Positions 33,039 to 42,369 of a stretch of 45,685 nt of DNA are shown here, piece after piece; positions within the stretch are counted from its first letter, which is position 1, and each line of letters starts with the position of its first letter. Made by a program: the position numbers and the translations under genes. This DNA is from a virus, in IMG/VR virus record IMGVR_UViG_3300037692_000109, positions 1-45,685 of that record; one strand, 5' to 3'. Below the pieces are notes generated by a model. It saw only the letters and a program-made list of their open reading frames with translations, did no database searches and had not been told where the DNA came from.

Positions 33039-34405
33039 TAGATGTTGTCCTCCCATCCCTGACAAAGAAGTCCGGTATCGGTCGCGCTCGATGCGTAATA
33101 AATATTTGTGCTTTCCAGCATCATCTCACCGGAGATTTTCTGATAGAAAACATTGCCGGAGAGATTATGTGACAAACCTAGTGGCGGTGCATTGTTTGCA
33201 GCAGTGTTGTTGCCATAGCTGCTGTTCGGAGCAACCTGCGTCGTTTTGCTAGCCGCACTAGAATTTGAATATAGATGCAGCCTGATCATTGATGCAGTTG
33301 ATGGGACGAAGCTCGACACGCTGACCGCTGTCCATGTCGGCACGGACGGATCACCGGCAGCGCCACCAACAATAAGCGGAATTAACGAGGTCTGTGCGAG
33401 CCCAAGGATATATTGAGCTTGCCGCCCGAGTTGCCATGTGCCGAGAAGCTGCGCGGCGGCGGTCGCTGTTCTGACCCAGCCGATGCGCGCTTTGTAAGTG
33501 TAGTCAGCAGGCATCGTTGGCGATGAACCGGATGTAGAGGCTACGCATTTCGTCGTGCCATAGGCTTTGGCAACGACCCAGATTGCGTACCATGTAGCTG
33601 CGGCAATCCCGCCGGTATCGAGCGCGTCCGCTCCTGTAGTGCCGAGATCGATTGTTGAGTTAACCGCCGTGGTCTGGAAATTCGTCCCGTTGGTCGTTGT
33701 AACGGCATCGGCCGTTACAGTGACGGTTGTGTTCGATGCCACCTTTATGGAAAGGTTTTTGAACGCGGAAGCGATTGGCCCGGCTATACGCAATGGATCG
33801 CCAGTCGCCCTGTGGTAGCTCACCATCCGCCACTTGCCGGCTACATGTTCTTCAAATACGGCCCAATCTCCGGCGGCGGTCGTGATGTTCGCGCCGGTTG
33901 AAAGGATTAGATTTGTTGCGTCATGGGTAAGCGTAAGGATTTCAGCAAATCTGAGCATGACGACCGCGCCAACGCCTTTTGTCGCAATCGACGTAATCGC
34001 AATTGTTCCGGTAATGTTGAAAACATTGCCGTCGCCTAACGTGAGCGCACTGGCAGACGCCGTATCCCCGCCGTCCTTGAACAGTGCGGTTTTGCTCAGG
34101 ACAAAGCCTGAGCTATTGAACTCGGCAACCAGCACACCACTAACGGCAAGACCAAACCCTGTCGTTGTCTTGTAAATTCCGATATTCGTTGCGCCGTTAA
34201 AAGTGAGCGCGGGAGAGCCGACCGTACCTTCCGCCAATTTAAGGGCACCCGTCATTGGTGCCGCGCCGCTACGGGGCAGCCTTGCTGTCATGGACGTAGA
34301 CAAGTCTTCCAGCGGTGGGTTGTGCTGGCTCGCCTGGATTGTCTCGCCGGTCTGGGCGAGATATCCGGGCGGTAGACTGTGGACGCCGCTTGAATCTGTG
34401 GGCAA
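33038..34405 (-). CDS. Tail fibre protein 1
   Basis: 455 aa with a TTG start and a GAGGTG RBS. The N-terminal LPRSGAAPMTGALKL motif is typical of phage fibre N-termini. Confidence 0.8.
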   Translation of the reverse strand: MPTDSSGVHSLPPGYLAQTGETIQASQHNPPLEDLSTSMTARLPRSGAAPMTGALKLAEGTVGSPALTFNGATNIGIYKTTTGFGLAVSGVLVAEFNSSGFVLSKTALFKDGGDTASASALTLGDGNVFNITGTIAITSIATKGVGAVVMLRFAEILTLTHDATNLILSTGANITTAAGDWAVFEEHVAGKWRMVSYHRATGDPLRIAGPIASAFKNLSIKVASNTTVTVTADAVTTTNGTNFQTTAVNSTIDLGTTGADALDTGGIAAATWYAIWVVAKAYGTTKCVASTSGSSPTMPADYTYKARIGWVRTATAAAQLLGTWQLGRQAQYILGLAQTSLIPLIVGGAAGDPSVPTWTAVSVSSFVPSTASMIRLHLYSNSSAASKTTQVAPNSSYGNNTAANNAPPLGLSHNLSGNVFYQKISGEMMLESTNIYYASSATDTGLLCQGWEDNI

Positions 34406-34423
34406 TTTTGCACCTCAATAGAA

Positions 34424-34446
34424 AAAGGCCCCGATTGGGGGCCTTT
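34424..34446 (-). terminator. Intrinsic terminator or attenuator just upstream of the tail-fibre RBS
   Basis: Minus strand: AAAGGCCCC-CAATC-GGGGCCTTT followed by TTC. Confidence 0.55.
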
Positions 34447-34478
34447 AAGGTCGTTGGCTGTCGTGGTAGGATCAGCGA

Positions 34479-34706
34479 ATGTGGAAGATATCCCAGCTAA
34501 CCGTGTTTCTAGCGGTGGTCTTTTCGCATCTGTATTACGATTGGGGGCACGGCGGCAGCCTGCTCGCCGTCAGCGTTGTTGCGCTCGCCGCTGCGTGGCT
34601 TTCAACAGCGGCTATCATTGCGATACGCGATTTACTGCGGCGCGCCAAGGCGCTGCTGTTGCGCTGCCAGCAACGCATCAATGACCGCAGACCGTCCCGG
34701 CGTTAG
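34479..34706 (+). CDS. Opposite-strand two-TM small protein (moron candidate)
   Basis: 75 aa with two hydrophobic helices. It fills a 226-bp gap in the late operon, and its last 75 nt overlap the 3' end of 34632..36290 antisense. Confidence 0.3.
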   Translation: MWKISQLTVFLAVVFSHLYYDWGHGGSLLAVSVVALAAAWLSTAAIIAIRDLLRRAKALLLRCQQRINDRRPSRR

Positions 34707-36290
34707 TCGATTCAACATCGGCGCGGCGACCTGATTTCCGAGATAGGCCCTTCCTAAACCAGACGTAGCGGCGCGGCCGACTAGTCTAGGGACAGCAGCA
34801 CCGGCTACCATGCCAGCCATGGCACCAGCGGGACCGCCAACACTTGCGCCGGCACCGCCACCAAGCAACGACATGAAACTAGCGCCAAGATTTTGCGCTG
34901 AAAGCCGCCCCGGCGTACCTGAGTTAGGCAACGGGCTCATTAGCTGAACACCATCGCGCGCTAGGTCGGTGAAATCACCCCGCCCGCGCGCGTAGTTTCG
35001 ACGCCCTTGCGTGTTGACCGTGGCCTCTCGCAATTTTGCTGGAGAGATAAGACCTGCCGCCGCGCCTTCGCCAGCGCCGGTAGCCGCTTTCTCGATCACT
35101 AGCATATTCCGGTATTGATTGCGGGCTTCGCGCCATGCCGCCATGTCGGCAGTATTGCCGGTCGCTGCGATGCTGCGCTCCATGGCGTCGTCAACGGCTT
35201 CGCGCATTTCGCGGATGGCGGTTCTGGCTTCTGGGTTATTGCCCATGCCCCGCGCTGCACGTTCCATACGCGACCGGAGAGATTGATAAACATCGCCGGG
35301 GAGAACACCGCCTGTACGCTGCGCTGTGTTCCTGATTTCCGTTACAAAATTCTCAATGACTGGCGCACGGTTCGGGGCGGAAACCAGATTCTGATAATCA
35401 TCGACGGCATTACGAAGATTTCGCGTAAACTGCTGATCGACGCTCGCCACGTTCCGGGCAGCCAAGTCATCGAACTGTTGGCCGATTCGACGGAAAGCGC
35501 CGTCTATAACTTCCGGCGTAGCTCTATGAGTAGTCTCGCCAACCCGCCGAAGCGCCGCAGCCGTAAATTGCTCTCCCTGGCTTTCGACAAGATTAGCGCC
35601 TCGGCCTCGTTCCGCTTCAAGATACTGCAAAGGCTTCCGTCCGGTCACTTGGCCAGCGGTAAGGTCCGTGACGCCTTCCCGGCGCAAATTCTCAACTGCG
35701 TTCTGGCGCGTGGCATTAATTGGCAACGGTGTTACCATGCGACCGACGACAGATGGCAAGATGCCACCGGCAACCGCCCCACCGAAACGCGCGTAAGGTT
35801 CGGCAGCCGTCCCCTTGGTCAACTGCCCGGCCGTTTCGCTGACTATTGCCGGTGAGAGAACTTGCGTTACGGCACGCCGAGCTATACCACCAGGCCCGCC
35901 GAGCATACCAGGCACAAACTCGCCAACGGTTTGCGCGTATTCCCCGGCCATGGTCTTGGGCTTGTAGAACTCGCCAGTAACGCCCTCTATCCCTTTTCGG
36001 ATATCACCAGAGCCATACGTAGGCGCGCGATCTGACCTGTCAGCAACATCAATACCAAGCTTTCCGCCAATGAACTTTGTAGCGCGGTCAATACCACGCG
36101 CGCCGAACTCAGATAGATCGCCCGGCAAACCAGCTAGGCCAACGCCAGACTTAACAACTCCGATGCCGGCCGATTTAGCCACATCGCTGGCAACGTCACC
36201 AACATTCATCGTTTCTTTCGCGTAGGACTGCCACGGGCCTTTCTCTGTATCGTTGGCTGGTGCGGCGTATTGCTCCCAAGGACCGGCCAT
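34632..36290 (-). CDS. Internal virion / ejection protein
   Basis: 552 aa, Gly/Ala-rich, positioned after the muralytic internal protein as in T7-like core-protein sets. Confidence 0.7.
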   Translation of the reverse strand: MAGPWEQYAAPANDTEKGPWQSYAKETMNVGDVASDVAKSAGIGVVKSGVGLAGLPGDLSEFGARGIDRATKFIGGKLGIDVADRSDRAPTYGSGDIRKGIEGVTGEFYKPKTMAGEYAQTVGEFVPGMLGGPGGIARRAVTQVLSPAIVSETAGQLTKGTAAEPYARFGGAVAGGILPSVVGRMVTPLPINATRQNAVENLRREGVTDLTAGQVTGRKPLQYLEAERGRGANLVESQGEQFTAAALRRVGETTHRATPEVIDGAFRRIGQQFDDLAARNVASVDQQFTRNLRNAVDDYQNLVSAPNRAPVIENFVTEIRNTAQRTGGVLPGDVYQSLRSRMERAARGMGNNPEARTAIREMREAVDDAMERSIAATGNTADMAAWREARNQYRNMLVIEKAATGAGEGAAAGLISPAKLREATVNTQGRRNYARGRGDFTDLARDGVQLMSPLPNSGTPGRLSAQNLGASFMSLLGGGAGASVGGPAGAMAGMVAGAAVPRLVGRAATSGLGRAYLGNQVAAPMLNRLTPGRSAVIDALLAAQQQRLGAPQ

Positions 36291-37927
36291 TAGTTCACCC
36301 GCTCCCAGCTGTTGCGATCCGCCGGGTTGCCGCCCTTGAAGCGATAACCGTCCTTGACCTCGCCAGCCTGCGGCGGCGCGGTGGCGGGCTTCGAAGTACC
36401 GACATTCTCTTGAAACTGAAGCTTCTCGCGCGGCGGCCCTTTGCCTTCGCCGTGAATGATATCCATATAGTTGTTCTTCACGCGGCGAAGATTGTCCTTA
36501 AGTTGATCGTCGGACTGCGACTGCTCAAGATTGCCGATAGTCGCCTGCAAATATGCGATTTCACGCTCTGACACTTGCCCAAGCGCGCCACCCGTCGGTG
36601 AGTTGTTGCGCATCTTTTGCAGTTCAGCAAAGCCTGCATTCGCCTTCACGGTATCAATAAGGGCCCCAACGTCGCGGGCGGCAGTGCCGCCAAAATTCGA
36701 AAGAATCTGACCGACCATGCCAGTGGTCGGCAACGTAGAATTATCGATCTTTGAAATTGCCCTATCGATGTCCTGCGTTACGACATTGCCAACCTGCCGT
36801 TGCTCTTTGTCTCGATCTTCCTTACCGACCATCTTTTCAGCATTGCCTTTAGCGGTCGCCACAGCGGCGGCTTTGGCGGCTTCAAACTTAATAGCAGACT
36901 CACCGGCACCGGGAGCGTTCAAAACACGAAGGTCATTCGGGTTCTTCTTATTGACCGCAATCACGCTACCATCGGGCCGCTGCTGAATGTCGTAATCGCT
37001 TTGCTTCATCTGCTGTTGCAAGATGATGTTAGCGATGGCTTTGGTCTGCGGCGACGAATACGGGCTGGTAGCCGCCTCGATCACTTTCGGATTGACGCCA
37101 GCCATAGGGCCACCCGTGGCGGGCCGCGCGGTCGCCTGTGTCGGGCGGGCGGCGGTAGGCAATGAGCCTTCATCGCCCATTCCACCTGTGAACTTATCAG
37201 CATAGGCCATAACGGTCGTGCCGAGCTGATCCTTGGCGTTCGGATTTTTCATCCCGCCTTCGCCGGCAAACCAAGCCTTCGATGCACCGGGAGCGCCATA
37301 CTTTTCGGCATATTGGCCAAACTTGCCGTTAAACACCGCGTCCTGCGCGTCCGGGCTGCTGATGAACTCCTGCGGAGTCATGGCACGGCCCATAACCTCC
37401 TTGGTCCAAGGAGCAACATTCGCGCCCATCACCTGATATTTACCAAGCGCTTGATCGCCAGAGGCCGTAACAGGCCCTTTGATGTCGTAGCGTCCGCCGC
37501 TTTCGATATTAGAGATCGCCCCCTGAGCGCGCGGCAGCATGGCAGCCGTCTCAGGTTTGAGATCGGCCATCGCGTCAATGCTGTTGAACTGGTCAGCAGG
37601 AACGATCTGAGGTTCTGACGGCGGTGCTAAAACTGGACCAGCGGTATAGCCGCCGGTCGTTGCCGGCGTAGCCCCGCCGCCGCCAATGAGGGATGCGATC
37701 ATCTCCCGATCCGCCGCAGCGTTAGTCCTTGCCGCTTCGTCGGCTTGTCCGCTTTCCAACCCGCCGAGTAAAGCCTGGGACACCCGCGCCGCGCCCTGCC
37801 ATGGCGATTGAATGGGCGAATAGTCCATGCCCTTTTCCATCAGGGCTTGAGCAACCTTGCGCTGAGCGGCAATCTGCTCCGGCGTCATTTGCGCCCCGCC
37901 TTCGCCCCATACGAATGGTGCTGCCAT
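36290..37927 (-). CDS. Internal virion protein with a lytic transglycosylase-like domain
   Basis: NIESGGRYDIKGP...ALGKYQVMGANV carries the catalytic Glu-Ser and G.YQ motifs of SLT-like muramidases. Confidence 0.8.
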   Translation of the reverse strand: MAAPFVWGEGGAQMTPEQIAAQRKVAQALMEKGMDYSPIQSPWQGAARVSQALLGGLESGQADEAARTNAAADREMIASLIGGGGATPATTGGYTAGPVLAPPSEPQIVPADQFNSIDAMADLKPETAAMLPRAQGAISNIESGGRYDIKGPVTASGDQALGKYQVMGANVAPWTKEVMGRAMTPQEFISSPDAQDAVFNGKFGQYAEKYGAPGASKAWFAGEGGMKNPNAKDQLGTTVMAYADKFTGGMGDEGSLPTAARPTQATARPATGGPMAGVNPKVIEAATSPYSSPQTKAIANIILQQQMKQSDYDIQQRPDGSVIAVNKKNPNDLRVLNAPGAGESAIKFEAAKAAAVATAKGNAEKMVGKEDRDKEQRQVGNVVTQDIDRAISKIDNSTLPTTGMVGQILSNFGGTAARDVGALIDTVKANAGFAELQKMRNNSPTGGALGQVSEREIAYLQATIGNLEQSQSDDQLKDNLRRVKNNYMDIIHGEGKGPPREKLQFQENVGTSKPATAPPQAGEVKDGYRFKGGNPADRNSWERVN

Positions 37928-38928
37928 CAGGCCAACCCCAGCATTTCGTAGTTGACCATCAGGTATCCGCTCGGGTGCGTAATGACGGCTTCCGGCATGA
38001 CACCCCGCACTTCATCGGCCATCACGCCGCGCTGGCGCTCACCAAAGATCGTGTATTCGTACAGAGGAAAGTCGTGCGCGGTCGTGCCAACACGTTCTAT
38101 GTCTGTCTTTAACCGGCGATCAGAGAACATGGCCGCACCGCCGCCGTATTTCAAAGCCGCGCTGCCAATCGTCCCGCCAAGGCCGAACATCCCGCCCATA
38201 GCAGCGTTACCTGCCCCCACGTCAGTCTGGTACTGCTTCATGGCGTTATTGTAGTTGTTGTTGACCATGCCCATGTAATCGACGCCGGCCACCTGCGATT
38301 GCGGCGTGCTCTGGAATGTCGGATTAGAAACCTGCGAACCGGACATTAGCGCGGTAATTTCGTTGATCGGCTGGTTGCGCTCGGTCAACAATTCCTGATT
38401 GGCCTGTCCGCGACCGGCCAAGAGCAGCGAAGTGATTGCATCGTTCTTGGTATTGCCGAACCCAGCCATTTCGGCGTCAAAGGCGGCAGAGCCCGCCCGG
38501 ATGCCGCTATTTGCAAGCCTTGTCCGCAATGCTTCTTCATCGCGGGCAAAACGAGGGTCTAAGCGCTTGCTGCCAAGCTCCATCAGGCGAGCTTCCGTCG
38601 CCTCATTGCCCAGCTTCATCGGCGTGCCGAGCAAGTCACCAATGCGGCCCGACTGATCGCGCCCGATATTGGCGATGTTCTGCTTGGTGATCTGGTTAGT
38701 GTCGAAAATGCCCTGCGAGGCTGGGCTGAGCGATGTCGTCGCTGAGAAGCGCGGCGTGCCGTCCGCCCAGGTTCCGCCTTGGGTATATTCAAGCGAGCCG
38801 TCCGGCGTGTATTGATTGATCGCGTTAAGCCCGGTCTGTGCGACCGCCGTTTCCTTATTCATCGCACCCTGAGCCTTGGCAGTGGCTACCGGATCGGGTG
38901 CTGGAGGCGGTGAAGGGGAGCTACCCAT
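37927..38928 (-). CDS. Virion protein with a C-terminal Peptidase_S74 intramolecular-chaperone domain
   Basis: The C-terminus SDRRLKTDIERVG...PLYEY...GVMADEV..VMPEAV...VNYEML is the S74 auto-processing signature. Confidence 0.75.
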   Translation of the reverse strand: MGSSPSPPPAPDPVATAKAQGAMNKETAVAQTGLNAINQYTPDGSLEYTQGGTWADGTPRFSATTSLSPASQGIFDTNQITKQNIANIGRDQSGRIGDLLGTPMKLGNEATEARLMELGSKRLDPRFARDEEALRTRLANSGIRAGSAAFDAEMAGFGNTKNDAITSLLLAGRGQANQELLTERNQPINEITALMSGSQVSNPTFQSTPQSQVAGVDYMGMVNNNYNNAMKQYQTDVGAGNAAMGGMFGLGGTIGSAALKYGGGAAMFSDRRLKTDIERVGTTAHDFPLYEYTIFGERQRGVMADEVRGVMPEAVITHPSGYLMVNYEMLGLA

Positions 38929-39333
38929 TTATTTTATCCACTTCTCGGCTTGTTCGCGTAGAAGATAAAACCGCAAGGCATCTTCATTGCCAAAATACAG
39001 TTTGCTTTCGCCTTCCGGTTCAAAACCGAAGCGCGGCAAAAGCTTTTGCATGTTCTCGTTTGAGCGGCGGGTGTAGGCGGTTAGCCTGATCGCCCCGGCC
39101 TGCCGGAATACGTAGTCATAAACGCCGGCGATAGCAGCACGGCTCAGCGCGCCCGGTCCGTACAGACTGATATCGAAGTTGAACCCGTTCCAGTTATTGA
39201 ACACGACGCCGACGCTGAGCGTCTTTTCATCAACCGTTCCTCCAATCGCCGTGTAAGGCGGCGACATCGTAATCCCAAGATTCTTGCCGACCCACTCCGC
39301 TACTCGATTATCCTCGCCAAAAATCAACCTCAC
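38929..39333 (-). CDS. GNAT-family N-acetyltransferase (RimJ/RimL-like pattern)
   Basis: 134 aa. YDYVFRQAGAIRLTAYTRRSNENMQKLLPRFGFEPEG matches the GNAT motif A/B region. The GTG start overlaps the upstream stop, and the next ATG directly follows its own stop. Confidence 0.7.
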   Translation of the reverse strand: MRLIFGEDNRVAEWVGKNLGITMSPPYTAIGGTVDEKTLSVGVVFNNWNGFNFDISLYGPGALSRAAIAGVYDYVFRQAGAIRLTAYTRRSNENMQKLLPRFGFEPEGESKLYFGNEDALRFYLLREQAEKWIK

Positions 39334-40994
39334 GAACCGATATCGCCTATCTCATACGTCAAATCGGTTTGCACCAACTCAACGTCCGGGGCCGAAATCG
39401 AGCCGCTCGTGATCTGTGTCGCTACCGACAGCGAATATCCGCTTCCGGCAATCGAGCGCCAATCCTGGAACGTGATCTTGTCAGCCGCGCCGCCCCATTT
39501 TGTTTCTCCCCAAATACCCGTGCCCCAGACACCTTCTGAGACAACGCTGATATCGTCGGGAGCGGCCGGCAGGCTGACCGTGTAATCCTTCTGTAGCGAA
39601 AGCTGCGCCTCGACAGCGGATGGCGCGCGAAGGACAGCACGCGCCAGCATTCCGGTCTTTAGCGAAGCTGGGGTTTTCAAAGGATCGAACAATGGGACGC
39701 AGGTTGCGACGTATGTTGCGCCCTGGTCCGAACCAGTAACCTCGGCTTCAATAATCCGGCCGTCGTTCGTCCCGAAGAACATTCGATCACCGAACACTTC
39801 AAGACAAAGAACATCCCATTCCGTGTACTGCGCCCATGCCCCGGTACGCGCATTGGCGACCAATACCGCCAAGTCTGTCGCGCCACCAGTCGGGTGCGCC
39901 ACAACAACCATTTGCTTGGTAGGCCATACAATACATTGCCAGTCTGCGTCAGGATGTTCCGCAACGATTTCGTTCCATGCCACTTCAATCGGATACGAAA
40001 CGGCGGAAGGCGACAGCGCGGCAAGATCGCGCTGGATGGCCTGCGAGAGAGGCACAAACCCTATATCGGTCGCAATGACGAGATCACCGCCAGCTCGGAT
40101 GAAAGCCTTTGGCCCCCTCGGCTTGCCGATGCGATAGACGCCGACTCTGCTCCATGTGTCGGCCGAGGCCGGATCGCTGCCCTGATAAACCGCTACCTCG
40201 CCTTCCGAGGTTACAAATACGCATTGTTCGTTAAGCCCGGACCCGGTATCGAGCGACCATGCCGCGCCGAACATCAGCGAGCCGCCCTTAGTAAACACGC
40301 CACCGAGGGGGAATTTCACAGCGAGGCCGCCAATCGAATCAACCGGCAGATACCATACGTCAAGCGTATCATTCTGAATGAAAAACAGACGGTTCTTAAA
40401 CGCCCAAACATGGGATAGCGTTGTCGGCGTTGCGCCAGTTATCGCTGGCGATGTGCCCCACGCTGATCCGTCATAGACCTGTGGCGTATCAACGCCATTC
40501 ACCGCCCGCAGAAACACCCCGCCGCTTGTCGCAAATTGGACAACCGACCAATCACCTCCGGTCAGAGATGAGATTGCCTCATCAGGCGTCGCCGGAAACA
40601 CCGGGAATATATCGCCCGTGTCGTCAACGAGAAAAGCTCCATCGTCATCGACAAGGAATTGATCTTCAGCATAAGTTACGGTCGTAATGTCGTAGACCGC
40701 CGCTACCGTCGAGGCGAACAGTGCCCTGGTATTACCATTGGCGTATGAAAACAGCGACGTGACCGGGAGAGAGCCGTCCCCGAGGAAAGCGTATCGCTGC
40801 GACCCTCCGCGCATCCGAACGCCGGTCGCGGTCGGAAACCAGTTTTCCAGCACTGCCGCGCCGTTGACTTTTGTACCGTCCGGTCTGCGAGCCTGTGGCG
40901 TTGCAAGATTTTCGTTTGCGATCCATCCCCCGACCGGAGCCGGAAAGCTTTTCAACTTCGACGCGCTAGGTTTACGAAGCGCCGGGGTTCGCAT
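39330..40994 (-). CDS. Putative tail tubular protein B / nozzle-like protein
   Basis: 554 aa following an adaptor-sized gene. The N-terminus (PAPVGGW...N...GVRMRGG) loosely resembles podoviral nozzle N-termini. Assigned mainly by position. Confidence 0.5.
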   Translation of the reverse strand: MRTPALRKPSASKLKSFPAPVGGWIANENLATPQARRPDGTKVNGAAVLENWFPTATGVRMRGGSQRYAFLGDGSLPVTSLFSYANGNTRALFASTVAAVYDITTVTYAEDQFLVDDDGAFLVDDTGDIFPVFPATPDEAISSLTGGDWSVVQFATSGGVFLRAVNGVDTPQVYDGSAWGTSPAITGATPTTLSHVWAFKNRLFFIQNDTLDVWYLPVDSIGGLAVKFPLGGVFTKGGSLMFGAAWSLDTGSGLNEQCVFVTSEGEVAVYQGSDPASADTWSRVGVYRIGKPRGPKAFIRAGGDLVIATDIGFVPLSQAIQRDLAALSPSAVSYPIEVAWNEIVAEHPDADWQCIVWPTKQMVVVAHPTGGATDLAVLVANARTGAWAQYTEWDVLCLEVFGDRMFFGTNDGRIIEAEVTGSDQGATYVATCVPLFDPLKTPASLKTGMLARAVLRAPSAVEAQLSLQKDYTVSLPAAPDDISVVSEGVWGTGIWGETKWGGAADKITFQDWRSIAGSGYSLSVATQITSGSISAPDVELVQTDLTYEIGDIGS

Positions 40995-41680
40995 CAGGCA
41001 CCGAGCGCGCGGGGATAGGCCAAGGACACGTCAAACGGCACACGCTGACGGCCGACTGTCAGAATATTAGAGCCTCTGTCCTTTCCGATTTCTTCGGACA
41101 TGGCGATATTGAAGTTCGCCAATTCCTCCGCATAGTCCATTCGTTTCGCCGCCCTCCAGCGCCAGACAACGCCAAGATTCAGCAACCGCTCGGGGAGCAA
41201 GAACGTATCGGCGTCGGCTGTGAAGGCCGTCTGGTTGCCCGAAACAATCTGGTTGGTGATGTAGTAAAACCGCGCCGTTTCACCGACCGGCATGGCCGGG
41301 AAAATGTTCATTTGGCCTGCAATAATAATCCAGCTTCCCGGCGTTGCGCTAAAATCCGTGTCTTGCAGATAAAGCCATTCATCCAGATCACGTGCCTTGC
41401 GAAAGTCCGAGGCTTGGAAGCTTGCCGAATGGACCAATCCCTTCTTCGGCATACGGTCATAATCGGACGGAAGGTCAAAGGCGGTCGCACTGGCATCGCC
41501 CGTCAGCGTTCCAAGCTTTAACAACCCCTGCCAGTCGTATTCCTGCGCAATGGCGACAGCCGCCTTGCCGGCCTGTAACCTAAGCTCCTTGGTAAACTGG
41601 CTGGGCGCGGAAAACAGCGATGTCGGCTCTGTCTGGTTCAGCTCTACAGCCGCTTCAGCGCAAGCCGACAGAACCGTCAT
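40994..41680 (-). CDS. Putative head-tail adaptor / tail tubular protein A-like
   Basis: 228 aa. Assigned by position and size only. Confidence 0.45.
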   Translation of the reverse strand: MTVLSACAEAAVELNQTEPTSLFSAPSQFTKELRLQAGKAAVAIAQEYDWQGLLKLGTLTGDASATAFDLPSDYDRMPKKGLVHSASFQASDFRKARDLDEWLYLQDTDFSATPGSWIIIAGQMNIFPAMPVGETARFYYITNQIVSGNQTAFTADADTFLLPERLLNLGVVWRWRAAKRMDYAEELANFNIAMSEEIGKDRGSNILTVGRQRVPFDVSLAYPRALGA

Positions 41681-42369
41681 TGTTCAGCCCCTTGCTTGGC
41701 GAGGATGGCATCCGCATCCTTAACGAGCGTGGCATGTGTCGCCCTGCCCTTCGGCACGGTGCCCTTGTTCGTCTTGATCCATTCCTTGATCGCTTCGTCT
41801 TCCCAATCCTCGAACGAGGATTGCCAGCCCGGTTCAATCAATGCCGCGCCCTGCATTTCGGAAATGGTGCGCTTCAGTTCGTCAATCTCGGTCTGCATCT
41901 TGACCACGTTTGCCGAGCCGCTGGCGTTGTCGAGATAGGCTTGCGCCTGATTTTTCAGTTCGCGCCCGCCCTGCCCCAGATTTTTCAACTCCTGACCGTC
42001 GAGCGCGGCCAGGGATTCAGCGGTGTAGATGCTGAGTGCCTTTAATTCGGAACGCTTGGCCTGTGTCAGAAACGGCAATTCCTCAACGGGAGTGCCGGCG
42101 GCGACTTGCTGAGCCTGCATTTTGAAACGGCGATACTGGTCCGGCCACCGCTGGGCGTAGGTCTGCGGTTCGTAATCGCCGGTCTGCGGGTTCAGTACCG
42201 TTGACCATACAGCATGGGCCGGGAAGGCGCTGACGGTCTGCCGATTACCGGCAAACCGGACCTCAACAATCTCCATGTCGTCAAAAATAGGGCGGGCCGC
42301 CTCTTTGGTCTTTGCCGGGTTCTTCTTCGTATGAATCTTAAACTGAGGCACCACCAATTGATCGTTCAT
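41677..42369 (-). CDS. Hypothetical virion-module protein
   Basis: 230 aa from the ATG at 42369, which overlaps the stop of the fusion gene (ATGA). Confidence 0.6.
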   Translation of the reverse strand: MNDQLVVPQFKIHTKKNPAKTKEAARPIFDDMEIVEVRFAGNRQTVSAFPAHAVWSTVLNPQTGDYEPQTYAQRWPDQYRRFKMQAQQVAAGTPVEELPFLTQAKRSELKALSIYTAESLAALDGQELKNLGQGGRELKNQAQAYLDNASGSANVVKMQTEIDELKRTISEMQGAALIEPGWQSSFEDWEDEAIKEWIKTNKGTVPKGRATHATLVKDADAILAKQGAEQ

